Source of the DNA: a virus
Taxonomy: Duplodnaviria > Caudoviricetes
Length of the DNA: 64,000 bases
Reading direction: 5' to 3' (one strand)
IMG/VR virus record: IMGVR_UViG_3300032320_000315
Location: 4,097-68,096 of that record
Below the pieces are notes generated by a model. The model saw nothing but the letters and a program-made list of their open reading frames with translations, ran no database searches and was not told the DNA's origin. Each line of letters starts with the position of its first letter. Position 1 is the stretch's first letter. Below, piece by piece: positions 46,865 through 54,926 of the stretch. The position numbers were made by a program, and so were the translations under genes.

Positions 46865-47195
46865 TCTCAATCTCCTTCAGAGTTAAACGGGTTGCGGGAT
46901 ATACGATACGACCTTCATACTCCAACTGACTCTGCTCAAAGTCAGTGAGATAGTCGTCTGCTACCACTTCCCAACCAATGATATGGTTGCGATAGTAGTC
47001 ATTGTCTTCTTCAATCTGGCCACGGAAGTGCTCTACCAACTCAGCCAGTGCTTCGGCATTACGCATCACAGAGCCTAGGTCATACTTATAATCCTGGCCG
47101 CCCTTGAACTTCCAATACTGTGGGCAAGAGCCTTCACCGTCCCAATCATGGGCACCGTAGTTCTCTTGGGTCTGTGTTGTGATTAATAGTTGCAT
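46857..47195 (-). CDS. Hypothetical protein
   Basis: ENYGAHDWDG.G.CPQYWKFKGG; GGAGCGAA RBS. Confidence 0.75.
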   Translation of the reverse strand: MQLLITTQTQENYGAHDWDGEGSCPQYWKFKGGQDYKYDLGSVMRNAEALAELVEHFRGQIEEDNDYYRNHIIGWEVVADDYLTDFEQSQLEYEGRIVYPATRLTLKEIENA

Positions 47196-47254
47196 CAGTT
47201 TCGCTCCTGTTTTGCTAGTCTATGTATATATTATACGGCCAGTCCGCCAATTTG

Positions 47255-47491
47255 TCAACCTAGGGCTTTTAATAACCCTACAACGCATAGGACTATTGCT
47301 ACTCCGTTAATGATCATCTGTGGCTTATTTGCCACACGATAACTCCATGCGAAGAAGCAAAGGCCCCCTAAGAGTGCTACAGAGTTCCTAAGGTTGTCAT
47401 AGCCCGGAAAGAAGTTGGATATGACATACATCGTTAGGATGAATGCTGTGCCCAGCCACTGTATTGTTTCGTTGATATCTAATTTCTTCAT
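47255..47491 (-). CDS. Small multi-TM membrane protein, leaderless
   Basis: Three hydrophobic helices; ATG 7 nt after -10 box. Confidence 0.65.
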   Translation of the reverse strand: MKKLDINETIQWLGTAFILTMYVISNFFPGYDNLRNSVALLGGLCFFAWSYRVANKPQMIINGVAIVLCVVGLLKALG

Positions 47492-47693
47492 GTTAATAGT
47501 ATAGCACCAGCCCACCAAAATGTCAACCGGTAGTGACCGGTAACCCTACAGTTTGGCAGGGTACTCAAGGTGAACCCCCTGTTGCTTTTACACAACAGAG
47601 GGTTCGGTGGCCTACCCGGGAGCGAATCGGTTCAGCCGTTGCCTAGGGGAGCGAATCCTAGGACTTCGCATCGTCGTCGCGACGAGCTTATTC

Positions 47694-47966
47694 TTAGAGG
47701 CTAATGCCTAATGCTTTAGCCTTGTAGCCTAGAGCTACGATTTCACGGCTTGGCATGCCCATTTCGTACTCAGTAACGGTAACACCGTTGCCTGCTGTAC
47801 GGCTGTTCGCATAAACAGCGTAACCGCTGTGACGAATGCGACTGGCTTCTGCTGCCAAGTTCTTAACACCAAAACGCTTCTGCGCTTGAGCGGCGGTTAA
47901 CTTCTCGCCATTGTAAAGTGCGTTGAACACTTTGAAAGTCTTAGTTTCTGGATTGAATCTTTTCAT
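47694..47966 (-). CDS. Winged helix-turn-helix DNA-binding protein
   Basis: L..GE.LT..QA..RFGVKNLAA..SRIR..GYAV; own promoter, GAGG RBS. Confidence 0.75.
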   Translation of the reverse strand: MKRFNPETKTFKVFNALYNGEKLTAAQAQKRFGVKNLAAEASRIRHSGYAVYANSRTAGNGVTVTEYEMGMPSREIVALGYKAKALGISL

Positions 47967-48045
47967 TTTGTTTCCTCTGTTTAATAGTGCTGATGTTCCG
48001 TCAGCGTCCTACTAGTATAGCACCTTTGCAGTAAAGGTCAACGGT

Positions 48046-48261
48046 CTACTTTACCGAATCAATTACATCTTTAGCCAAATCAGTGTCCATTACTGTATCC
48101 ATTTGAGCAGCCACTAGGAGCTCAAACACCACACGGGCCTGCCCACGACTACGTTTGGGTAGGTTGCTCATGAAGTCCTGTACCTCTTCCATGCTGTCCA
48201 AAGCCCAAAGCCTATTGGCCAAGGCCCTCTGCTGTTTGGATAGACCTTCTAGTACTATCAC
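48046..48261 (-). CDS. Hypothetical protein
   Basis: Coupled small ORF. Confidence 0.6.
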   Translation of the reverse strand: MIVLEGLSKQQRALANRLWALDSMEEVQDFMSNLPKRSRGQARVVFELLVAAQMDTVMDTDLAKDVIDSVK

Positions 48262-48488
48262 GAGTTCACCGTTTCAAAAGGGCTGAGTTCCTCAACCATT
48301 CTATCAAATACAGCCTCGGACACAGCAGGGTCCTGCTGTTCCTCTACACCGTTCATCTCCATCCAGGCATGGACATAGCTCTCTGGGATGTCCAAAACAT
48401 CTGCAATCTTGTAGGCGCTCCAGCCATTGATGTACATTTGTTCAATGTCGTATGCATACATATCCAATTCAGCCATCTTACTCATCAA
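48258..48488 (-). CDS. Hypothetical protein with short HTH-like segment
   Basis: GWSAYKIADVLDIPESYV. Confidence 0.6.
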   Translation of the reverse strand: MMSKMAELDMYAYDIEQMYINGWSAYKIADVLDIPESYVHAWMEMNGVEEQQDPAVSEAVFDRMVEELSPFETVNS

Positions 48489-48693
48489 AGGCCTCCTCGC
48501 CCATTTCGGTTACTGTTTCATTTACAATGCCCAAGTCCTTGATGCGGGCTGTTTGATCTTCGTTTGATACACCCTGGAAGGCTGTACGGAACGACTGATG
48601 CTCTGCTAAGAAGTCAAATACATCATATCGATCCCAACTCTCTGGAACTTCAAGCTCTTGGTATAGCTCTGTGCGTACGATTACTTTTTTCAT
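48478..48693 (-). CDS. Hypothetical protein
   Basis: GGAGG RBS; start MKKVIVRT. Confidence 0.6.
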   Translation of the reverse strand: MKKVIVRTELYQELEVPESWDRYDVFDFLAEHQSFRTAFQGVSNEDQTARIKDLGIVNETVTEMGEEAFDE

Positions 48694-49181
48694 GCTACCT
48701 CCTCGGGCTTGAACTTCTTCATTGCAGTTGCCAAACGCTTCCAGCGTCCGTTTTCGCGTGTATGATAGAACCACTTGCCTGTTTCCATGTTGTCATCGTA
48801 CTTGAACAGATAGAAGTATTCGCACCAACTGCCGTCGTAGTATGCTTGGGCTTCCTTAATAGTTGGGAAAAACTTATAAGGAGCATCCTCGCCTCTGTCG
48901 CGTGTGTAAAAGGTACACATATCCTCAACAGTCTTTTCGTATGCTTCGCGCTCGTCTTTGTCTTTAATCTCAAGCGAGCTGAACAAGTGCTTGTCGCCAA
49001 TCTCTGGGCGTAGGCTAGACAAGTCACCCAGGGCAATCAGGTTGTTGACCTTAGGACTTGCTGAATAGTGTTTGTTGAGGATACTGCCGTTGTGCTGGAG
49101 ATAGCCATCCCAGTGACAGTAGATTGCCTTAACGGCTTTGCTATTTGGATTTTCAATAGCAATCATTGAACGTGTACCCAT
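48690..49181 (-). CDS. Conserved phage hypothetical protein
   Basis: MGTRSMI, IYCHWDGY, EY.YLF; GGAGCGAA RBS. Confidence 0.75.
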   Translation of the reverse strand: MGTRSMIAIENPNSKAVKAIYCHWDGYLQHNGSILNKHYSASPKVNNLIALGDLSSLRPEIGDKHLFSSLEIKDKDEREAYEKTVEDMCTFYTRDRGEDAPYKFFPTIKEAQAYYDGSWCEYFYLFKYDDNMETGKWFYHTRENGRWKRLATAMKKFKPEEVA

Positions 49182-49254
49182 TTGTTTCGCTCCTTAATGT
49201 GTTACAGTTTCTATAGTATAAGTCCATTTGGGGGATTTGTCAACCCCCCAAATA

Positions 49255-49620
49255 TTACCCTTCCAACGCGGCGGTGTATTGCTCTACCGCAATCTCTTTG
49301 AACGAGCGCAGGAACATAGGGCCTACGTCTAGCGATACATAGTTGTCGCCCTGCATACCCTGTTCGCTGTACTCCACGTCAACGCTGTTCAGCCCAGCGG
49401 CCAACAGTTCTCCGCAGAGTTCGTCTAAGAACTGGCTGTCCGTATAGATCAACCCGTCCTTGCGAACGTCCCATTGCTTGTCAAAGTACACGCAGAGCTC
49501 ACCAAAGTCTTCTTCCTCATTGATGTAGGTCACTGCAATGCCTGTGACGTTTACTTTCTTCGCAACGTCCGACCAGTAGCCATCACCAGCCGTTTCCAGT
49601 ACACAATTGAATTTGATCAT
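49255..49620 (-). CDS. Hypothetical protein
   Basis: GLIYTD, YSEQGMQG; own promoter, GGAGCG RBS. Confidence 0.7.
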   Translation of the reverse strand: MIKFNCVLETAGDGYWSDVAKKVNVTGIAVTYINEEEDFGELCVYFDKQWDVRKDGLIYTDSQFLDELCGELLAAGLNSVDVEYSEQGMQGDNYVSLDVGPMFLRSFKEIAVEQYTAALEG

Positions 49621-49682
49621 CATCGCTCCTATGTTGTTCAAGTGTTAATTATAGCACAGAAGGGAACCATTGTCAATCTATG

Positions 49683-49950
49683 TCTACCTATACGAACGTC
49701 TCGTATAGGCCTTGACGGTCATTACTGCCTACATGCTCCGCCGCAACTCCGGGCCTCTGCCCTGTTTCATGCTCCTGGACTTGACCAGCGCCCGTCGGTA
49801 CTGTCGTCATCCCAATCGCCTAGCGGTGTAGGTAACCCTAATTCATTTGCTTAGGCAGAGTCTCCAAACTCTCTCCGTATCCCTTGGCTACGACCCTTTT
49901 TGCATTTCTGCGTGGGTCCTTGCATTTGAGGATCGCCTTGCTTTCTAACT
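49683..49950 (-). ncRNA. Candidate structured non-coding RNA (about 270 nt)
   Basis: Dedicated TTGACA-17-TACAAT promoter, no RBS-led ORF, several stems, terminal hairpin. Confidence 0.45.
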
Positions 49951-49981
49951 GTTCTTATTGTACAACCACCTGGCCAAACTG

Positions 49982-50212
49982 TCAATCAATAACCACAACA
50001 GCCTTAAGGTTATCTTCGGGCTCCTCGTCAAAGTCAGGCTCTACGAGCTTGTCCATGCGATGGTAGTCGCTGTACCGTACGAAGCCCATGTCCACACGGC
50101 CTACACTAGGGGCTACCTGTGTACGCCAATGATCCCCGTACCCATAGGCAAAGTGTACATCCAAATCACCATCCATGCCCTGTAGGGCTTCAATCAATTC
50201 AGATACTTTCAT
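49982..50212 (-). CDS. Hypothetical protein
   Basis: AAGGAGC RBS; coupled. Confidence 0.7.
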   Translation of the reverse strand: MKVSELIEALQGMDGDLDVHFAYGYGDHWRTQVAPSVGRVDMGFVRYSDYHRMDKLVEPDFDEEPEDNLKAVVVID

Positions 50213-50478
50213 GCTTGCTCCTTAAAGACTACCATTTGCATTTTGTTACGGGCGCGATCCTCTACGAACGCATAATTGTTTTCAAACTCCACGTTGGGGT
50301 TACTGAGGATCTTCTTTGCAATGATTCGTACACTGCGCTCGTTGATGCTGTCTGTGACATCATAGCCCGGGCCATGATTCTCTGCACCGTCTGCGGTGTA
50401 GGAATACTTGCCATTGCAACCGCACATACAGCCAATTCGTCCGTTATAGACTTTGACAATCTTATCTATGTTCAACAT
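50209..50478 (-). CDS. Hypothetical protein
   Basis: GCMCGCNGKY; promoter plus GGAGCGAA RBS. Confidence 0.75.
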   Translation of the reverse strand: MLNIDKIVKVYNGRIGCMCGCNGKYSYTADGAENHGPGYDVTDSINERSVRIIAKKILSNPNVEFENNYAFVEDRARNKMQMVVFKEQA

Positions 50479-50571
50479 AAGTTCGCTCCTTTTGTTTAAC
50501 TTAGCCTATAGTATACTACCACTTCTAACCGGTGTCAACCGGTTTGTTGAATAACCCTACTGCCCTTAGGG

Positions 50572-50865
50572 TTATTTTTTGCTGTATTCTACGCTGGGCA
50601 ACTCGGCTACCCACTTCTGGTAGTTACGATCATGATCATCCAAGGGTACCCTGCCGAACTCTTTGACTAGATAGAAACGCATAAGCTCACGCTGGATTAG
50701 GCTTATGACATTGTCATCACCATTGAATAGTACGAACTGCACAGGGCATCCACTCCAATTACGATCCTTTAGGAAGCGGTGTGCCCACTTGCGGTGCTGG
50801 GCATTAGAAGAATCAAAGATCACATGGGGCCTCGCATAGGCTGATAATAGGTTGTTACTCATCAA
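50572..50865 (-). CDS. Hypothetical protein
   Basis: Coupled ORF with downstream hairpin. Confidence 0.65.
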   Translation of the reverse strand: MMSNNLLSAYARPHVIFDSSNAQHRKWAHRFLKDRNWSGCPVQFVLFNGDDNVISLIQRELMRFYLVKEFGRVPLDDHDRNYQKWVAELPSVEYSKK

Positions 50866-51152
50866 TCAATTTCAGGGAACACGCTACGAACATGCTCTTC
50901 TGCCTTGTTAATTTCAATTGGGTTTAGAACTTGTGGAACATTCTGCAGAGCCGTATCCTTGCCATAGGACTGTATGTTGGCACGTGCCAGGGCAAAGATC
51001 TCCCGCTTGTTGGCACCACAGATGATGCTGATAGGGTCAGGTTCAGCCTTGACCATATCCAGGGCATACATGGTTAGAGTATGGCAGTCTACTGCCACTT
51101 CCATCTTCATTGTGATGCGCCTTACGCCATCTGGATGCTTAACTGCTTTCAT
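50862..51152 (-). CDS. Hypothetical protein, leaderless
   Basis: ATG 7 nt after -10 box. Confidence 0.6.
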   Translation of the reverse strand: MKAVKHPDGVRRITMKMEVAVDCHTLTMYALDMVKAEPDPISIICGANKREIFALARANIQSYGKDTALQNVPQVLNPIEINKAEEHVRSVFPEID

Positions 51153-51184
51153 AGTCGTATATTAACACCGGTCATGACCGGTTG

Positions 51185-51325
51185 TCAACCCACAATGGCT
51201 ATGAAGTTGCCCGAACCATACTGGCCCTCAGCAATCTGCCTAGCATAGCCGCTACTGATAGCAGAGATCTGTACATCTGTGAAACTGCCGTTAGGCAGTC
51301 TCACTCTTACAATATATGTCGTCAT
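51185..51325 (-). CDS. 46-aa hypothetical protein
   Basis: MTTYIVRVRLPNG...; stop lies inside next TTGACA. Confidence 0.6.
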   Translation of the reverse strand: MTTYIVRVRLPNGSFTDVQISAISSGYARQIAEGQYGSGNFIAIVG

Positions 51326-51326
51326 A

Positions 51327-51590
51327 TTAGTTGAACTCGTAAAAGGTTACACTAGGGTCAATGCTTTGCAGTTCGCGAGCCGCACGTGTCAGGAACTGAT
51401 AGCGTTGTTGGACCTGGCTGCGGCTCAGTTCGCCGTCGCAGGTAAGGTTCTCTGGGCTGAGCTCTGCGTCAATTGAATCTGCAATCTTCTGACGATCCTT
51501 TGCATTCAACAGGCTCAGGGGTGCAGTGCCAAACAGTTTGGCGAAACTGTTCTTACGCTCTACATATTGCTCAATGGTTGCTATGTTCAT
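51327..51590 (-). CDS. Hypothetical protein
   Basis: LSPENLTCDGE; promoter plus GGAGCG RBS. Confidence 0.75.
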   Translation of the reverse strand: MNIATIEQYVERKNSFAKLFGTAPLSLLNAKDRQKIADSIDAELSPENLTCDGELSRSQVQQRYQFLTRAARELQSIDPSVTFYEFN

Positions 51591-51726
51591 ATCGCGCTCC
51601 TTTTTGTTTAACTTAGCCTATAGTATAGCACCGGTCAGGACCGGTGTCAACCGGTTTTGGTTGTTGTATTTTTGCAACACACCGGTCACTACCGGTTGAC
51701 ATAGACAGGGACCTTTGCTATACTAT

Positions 51727-51815
51727 GATAGTCGAACAGAGGGGGGTGGACGTGGAGGGTGCCTGCCGGATCTAGAGTCTGAACCAAAAAAATGGGCACC
51801 CTTAGGCGCCCTAAA
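51727..51815 (+). ncRNA. Candidate small RNA 1
   Basis: TTGACA-17-TATACT promoter; motif TGGACGTGGAGGGTGCCTG shared with 53653. Confidence 0.45.
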
Positions 51816-51828
51816 ATATGAACACACT

Positions 51829-52026
51829 TTAATCTAACCAACAGTCCTCTGCTCGCTGAACAGTGGTATCCTGCCCACCAATATAGCCACCTTCAAAGCC
51901 GTTGGGCCCTGCTTCTAGGAACAGCCTATCGCCCTCTATGCGATAGATCCTGCCCGACTGTTCGATGTCGCATTTAAACGACACCCAGTCCCCAATCTTT
52001 ACTGTTTCTCCGTCTACTCTAGCCAT
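51829..52026 (-). CDS. Hypothetical protein (SH3-like)
   Basis: GGAG RBS; coupled. Confidence 0.6.
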   Translation of the reverse strand: MARVDGETVKIGDWVSFKCDIEQSGRIYRIEGDRLFLEAGPNGFEGGYIGGQDTTVQRAEDCWLD

Positions 52027-52295
52027 TACATACTCCAGTAGGATTCTGATGCTGGTGAACAATAGTGTGGAGTGTCATAACGCTCTGTGAACTCGCCACC
52101 ACCCATTAGGTTCTGCTTGGTCACATAGGTTTCGTGTATCTCATAGCGGAACCCGTGTAACTGTCTGTAGGTGTTCTTTACAGTATGCTCCAGCATGGTC
52201 AGCTCTGTGACATTGTAGTCATTCTTACTGACCAGTCGCTCGCCCTTCTTAGTACGAGCATCCTTCTTGTAGATTTCAACGGTATAGGTAGTCAT
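52026..52295 (-). CDS. Hypothetical protein
   Basis: ERYDTP.YCSPASESYWSM. Confidence 0.7.
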   Translation of the reverse strand: MTTYTVEIYKKDARTKKGERLVSKNDYNVTELTMLEHTVKNTYRQLHGFRYEIHETYVTKQNLMGGGEFTERYDTPHYCSPASESYWSM

Positions 52296-52489
52296 TGTGC
52301 AAAGATCTCCTTAGAAAGAATCTTGTCTTCAACCAATTGGTTGCAGGCGTTAAGAGTCAGTTGGAATACCAAATACATCTGAGCTTTCTGCTCTGGAGGA
52401 AAGCCTTCGATTTGATCTGCAATCTGCTCCAGGGTTGGAGTAGCAAATAGCCCGCTACGGGGGATTGGGTTTTGAACTATATCATACAT
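52292..52489 (-). CDS. Hypothetical protein
   Basis: Promoter plus GGAGCGAA RBS. Confidence 0.7.
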   Translation of the reverse strand: MYDIVQNPIPRSGLFATPTLEQIADQIEGFPPEQKAQMYLVFQLTLNACNQLVEDKILSKEIFAQ

Positions 52490-52537
52490 CGGTTTCGCTC
52501 CTTATTAATTACTATACCTACAGTATAACACCGGTCA

Positions 52538-52720
52538 CTACCGGTTGTCAACCTCTATCTTTAGATTATCCATGACGGCTTCCAGGGTATCATAGGCCAT
52601 TTGCCAGCGATCACCCTCTATGTTATAGATCTGATTGACGGCATCATTCAGGGTAGCCACAGCCATCTTCTTACGATACTCCAAGTCCTCCAACATCAAG
52701 TCCTCTTGTGGGTTATACAT
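52538..52720 (-). CDS. Hypothetical protein
   Basis: GGAGG RBS; TAATG-coupled. Confidence 0.65.
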   Translation of the reverse strand: MYNPQEDLMLEDLEYRKKMAVATLNDAVNQIYNIEGDRWQMAYDTLEAVMDNLKIEVDNR

Positions 52721-53439
52721 TATGCCACCTCCTTCACGCGGATTACGAATCCACTGTAGTCCTTCTTAGCACGGCCCTTGGCCTTGAGCCCTAGCATAAT
52801 GCCCTTAGGGTCTAGGAAGCGCAGATCAGTTTCATCAGCACTGGGTACACCTGCTGGGATCTCATCGTAGACAGCCACTACACTCAAGCCTTGTGCCAGC
52901 GCCTTAGTGACATCAGCATCGTTGCCGTCTGCTTTAGAGAACGTCAAGTGGTAGTTTGGGTACTGGCTGACCTTACGACCCAGAACCTTTGTATAGTCAT
53001 AGAACTGTACATCGCTGAACACTTGAAAGATGTTAAGGAACTCGTCTTCGCTGTCGCCCAAGTTCGTATCGTATTTCTCCCAGCTCAAATCACTAGTGCC
53101 ATTTAAACGGAACACTGGAGTCAAGCCTTGCTTCTTAGCGAACTTGATAGCCTTAAAGATGTCGCTAACCAAATCAGCCATAAAGCCATCGCGATCTTCA
53201 AAGAAGTACTTGGTCTTACGAATGCGAGCCTTTTGGATCATGTTGGTCTTTTCGCCCTTCTTGAACATACCGCCACGACCGGCAGTATTAAGGCAAGCGG
53301 CAGTACACCCAGCCGTCCGTTTAGGGCAAGTCTCACGACCCGATAAGTCAGCAGGTGCAAGATGTAATATGAAAGAAAGATAGCCCATCTTAGTACCCTT
53401 TTGGATCTTAGGATTGGCAGTACTTAATAGTTTGAACAT
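52720..53439 (-). CDS. GP88-family (radical-SAM-like, Cys-rich) protein
   Basis: CP.RT.GC.AACLNTAGRG, FRLNGTSD, FYDYTK, YHLTFS. Confidence 0.75.
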   Translation of the reverse strand: MFKLLSTANPKIQKGTKMGYLSFILHLAPADLSGRETCPKRTAGCTAACLNTAGRGGMFKKGEKTNMIQKARIRKTKYFFEDRDGFMADLVSDIFKAIKFAKKQGLTPVFRLNGTSDLSWEKYDTNLGDSEDEFLNIFQVFSDVQFYDYTKVLGRKVSQYPNYHLTFSKADGNDADVTKALAQGLSVVAVYDEIPAGVPSADETDLRFLDPKGIMLGLKAKGRAKKDYSGFVIRVKEVA

Positions 53440-53584
53440 AGTTTCGCTCCTTTTGTTTAACTTAGCCTATAGTATAGCAAGGGTCAGAACCTTTGTCAAT
53501 CGGTCACTACCGAATACCCAGACGAATAGACGGGACTTTCGGTCACTACCGGTTGACGTATCCCAGGAGTGGCAGTATACTATA

Positions 53585-53700
53585 AACACTAAGAGAGCGA
53601 AGAAAACTAAAAGGTCTTAGTCATCGGTGGGTTCGAACAGACATGCTGGGGATGGACGTGGAGGGTGCCTGAAGGGTTTTCCGGTGCAAAAAAACAACAG
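53585..53700 (+). ncRNA. Candidate small RNA 2
   Basis: TTGACG-17-TATACT promoter; same 19-nt motif and TCGAACAGA as RNA 1. Confidence 0.4.
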
Positions 53701-54101
53701 AATTTCAAAGACCTGGTTGACAAAAGGGTTGTAGACTGAAAACAACAGATACCGGTCGCTACCGATGTGGCTTTAGAACAACGGTTTTTCACGATCTAGA
53801 TGCGAATGATTCTTATTTAGACCGCCGGTAACGACCGCTTTCTCAGTAGGGTCATTGATCTATACTAGAGTCTTCACTGTGATATAGTGGGTTCACAGTC
53901 AGGAGGCTGTACCGGTACTGACCGGTTATGCTGAAAACAGTGAGAAATATGCACCGGTCATGACCGAAATATGCAGAGTGGTCGCTACCGGCGGTCATTA
54001 CCGGTACAGTCATTCGTGGTTTCTCCGCAACGGTAACTACCGGTTTTCATAGGTTTGACAGAGAATTCGGTTGACACCGCCGAGAGGCATAGTTCAAATA
54101 C

Positions 54102-54401
54102 TCACCCACCATTCTTTACCGTTTTCTTTATCTTACGCTTGACCTTGGCCACAGTCTTACGCACTGGTTCAGGGGGTACTATCCATCCAGGAATGTTCTG
54201 TTCAGGCTCTGCATATGGTGTTAGTTCTGGCTCTGGCACCGGCTCGGGCTCAGTAGGTATAGTCTGCAACTGCTGTTCTTGCTGTTGCCGCTCTTGTTCG
54301 AACTCCCACTCATCAGTTGAAACCCAAAGATAAGCCGCCATGATCACAGTGATCACTAGTGTGCGTTTGAGATAGGTTAGCCAAAGCGGTTCGAATATCA
54401 T
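54102..54401 (-). CDS. Membrane-anchored hypothetical protein with Q/E/P-rich linker, leaderless
   Basis: N-terminal TM; ATG just after TATAAT. Confidence 0.6.
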   Translation of the reverse strand: MIFEPLWLTYLKRTLVITVIMAAYLWVSTDEWEFEQERQQQEQQLQTIPTEPEPVPEPELTPYAEPEQNIPGWIVPPEPVRKTVAKVKRKIKKTVKNGG

Positions 54402-54576
54402 ACCTAATTATAGCAGAATCCTACAGCGGGGTCTACAGTTTATCTAGCCAAATCTTGTGTACACACGTAGATTCTGCCAAACCCAACAGCGGGGCCTAGC
54501 AGATATTGTGTTCTATATTAGCGTTCGGCCCGAGAATGGTGTGTTACTGTAGAATGCTACAGCGGGGCCTTTGGGT

Positions 54577-54622
54577 TATAGTGCTCTATAGTGCTCTATA
54601 GTGCTCTATAGTGCTCTATAGT
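54577..54622 (+). repeat. Tandem 10-mer (GTGCTCTATA)x4
   Basis: Exact tandem array. Confidence 0.9.
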
Positions 54623-54625
54623 CAA

Positions 54626-54847
54626 TTATAGTGGATATACGTTAGTGTTATTAACTAACTCAATCTGTGGTTCCCAATCTGTGGCTCTAAGGAACTGTTG
54701 TTGATTAAGTCTCTGTGCAAATGCCTGGGCCATCTGCTCTGCCAACTGTTTACTGGTAATTGGACGACCCTTTAGCTCATCTTCAGCCATCTCTCTCTGT
54801 GTTTGATTGCGTGTGCGACTGTATGCGTGTATGGCATAGAACATCAT
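54626..54847 (-). CDS. Hypothetical protein
   Basis: 73-aa ORF. Confidence 0.55.
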   Translation of the reverse strand: MMFYAIHAYSRTRNQTQREMAEDELKGRPITSKQLAEQMAQAFAQRLNQQQFLRATDWEPQIELVNNTNVYPL

Positions 54848-54926
54848 AGTATTATCCTTTATTAATGGTTAAGGGCCAATTGCTACAGCGGGGCCTATAA
54901 CATATTTAACGAATTTGCGTTGCAAA

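Larger units (their letters stand above)
42487..51679. repeat. Palindrome TGTTG-N8-CAACA (second putative operator)
   Basis: 42487, 44611, 47580, 51662 exact; 45912 one mismatch. Confidence 0.7.
43540..53582. promoter_or_regulatory. Cluster of about 20 near-consensus sigma70 early promoters (18 on -, 2 on +)
   Basis: TTGACA-17/18 bp-TATA(C/A)T; -35 boxes e.g. at 43562, 43952, 44283, 44590, 45897, 47253, 47521, 49980, 50533, 51183, 51645, 52546, 53494 (-) and 51696, 53553 (+). Confidence 0.88.
44596..54042. repeat. 16 copies of palindrome CGGT-N4-ACCG (putative operator)
   Basis: Starts 44596, 47528, 50530, 51169, 51632, 51642, 51683, 52532, 53501, 53540, 53753, 53826, 53913, 53955, 53992, 54031. 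Confidence 0.9.
54421..54896 (+). repeat. Four direct repeats ACAGCGGGG(C/T)CT (iteron-like)
   Basis: At about 54421, 54486, 54555, 54881, same orientation. Confidence 0.75.

Noticed and set aside
49740-49860. tmRNA tag (UAA-GCA-AAU-GAA, ANE...)
   Set aside because: Lacks the upstream resume consensus, the ALAA-type end and any tRNA-like domain
54421-54896. CRISPR array suggested by recurring short repeats
   Set aside because: Repeats are 10-16 bp with irregular or zero spacing; no constant-length spacers and no cas genes
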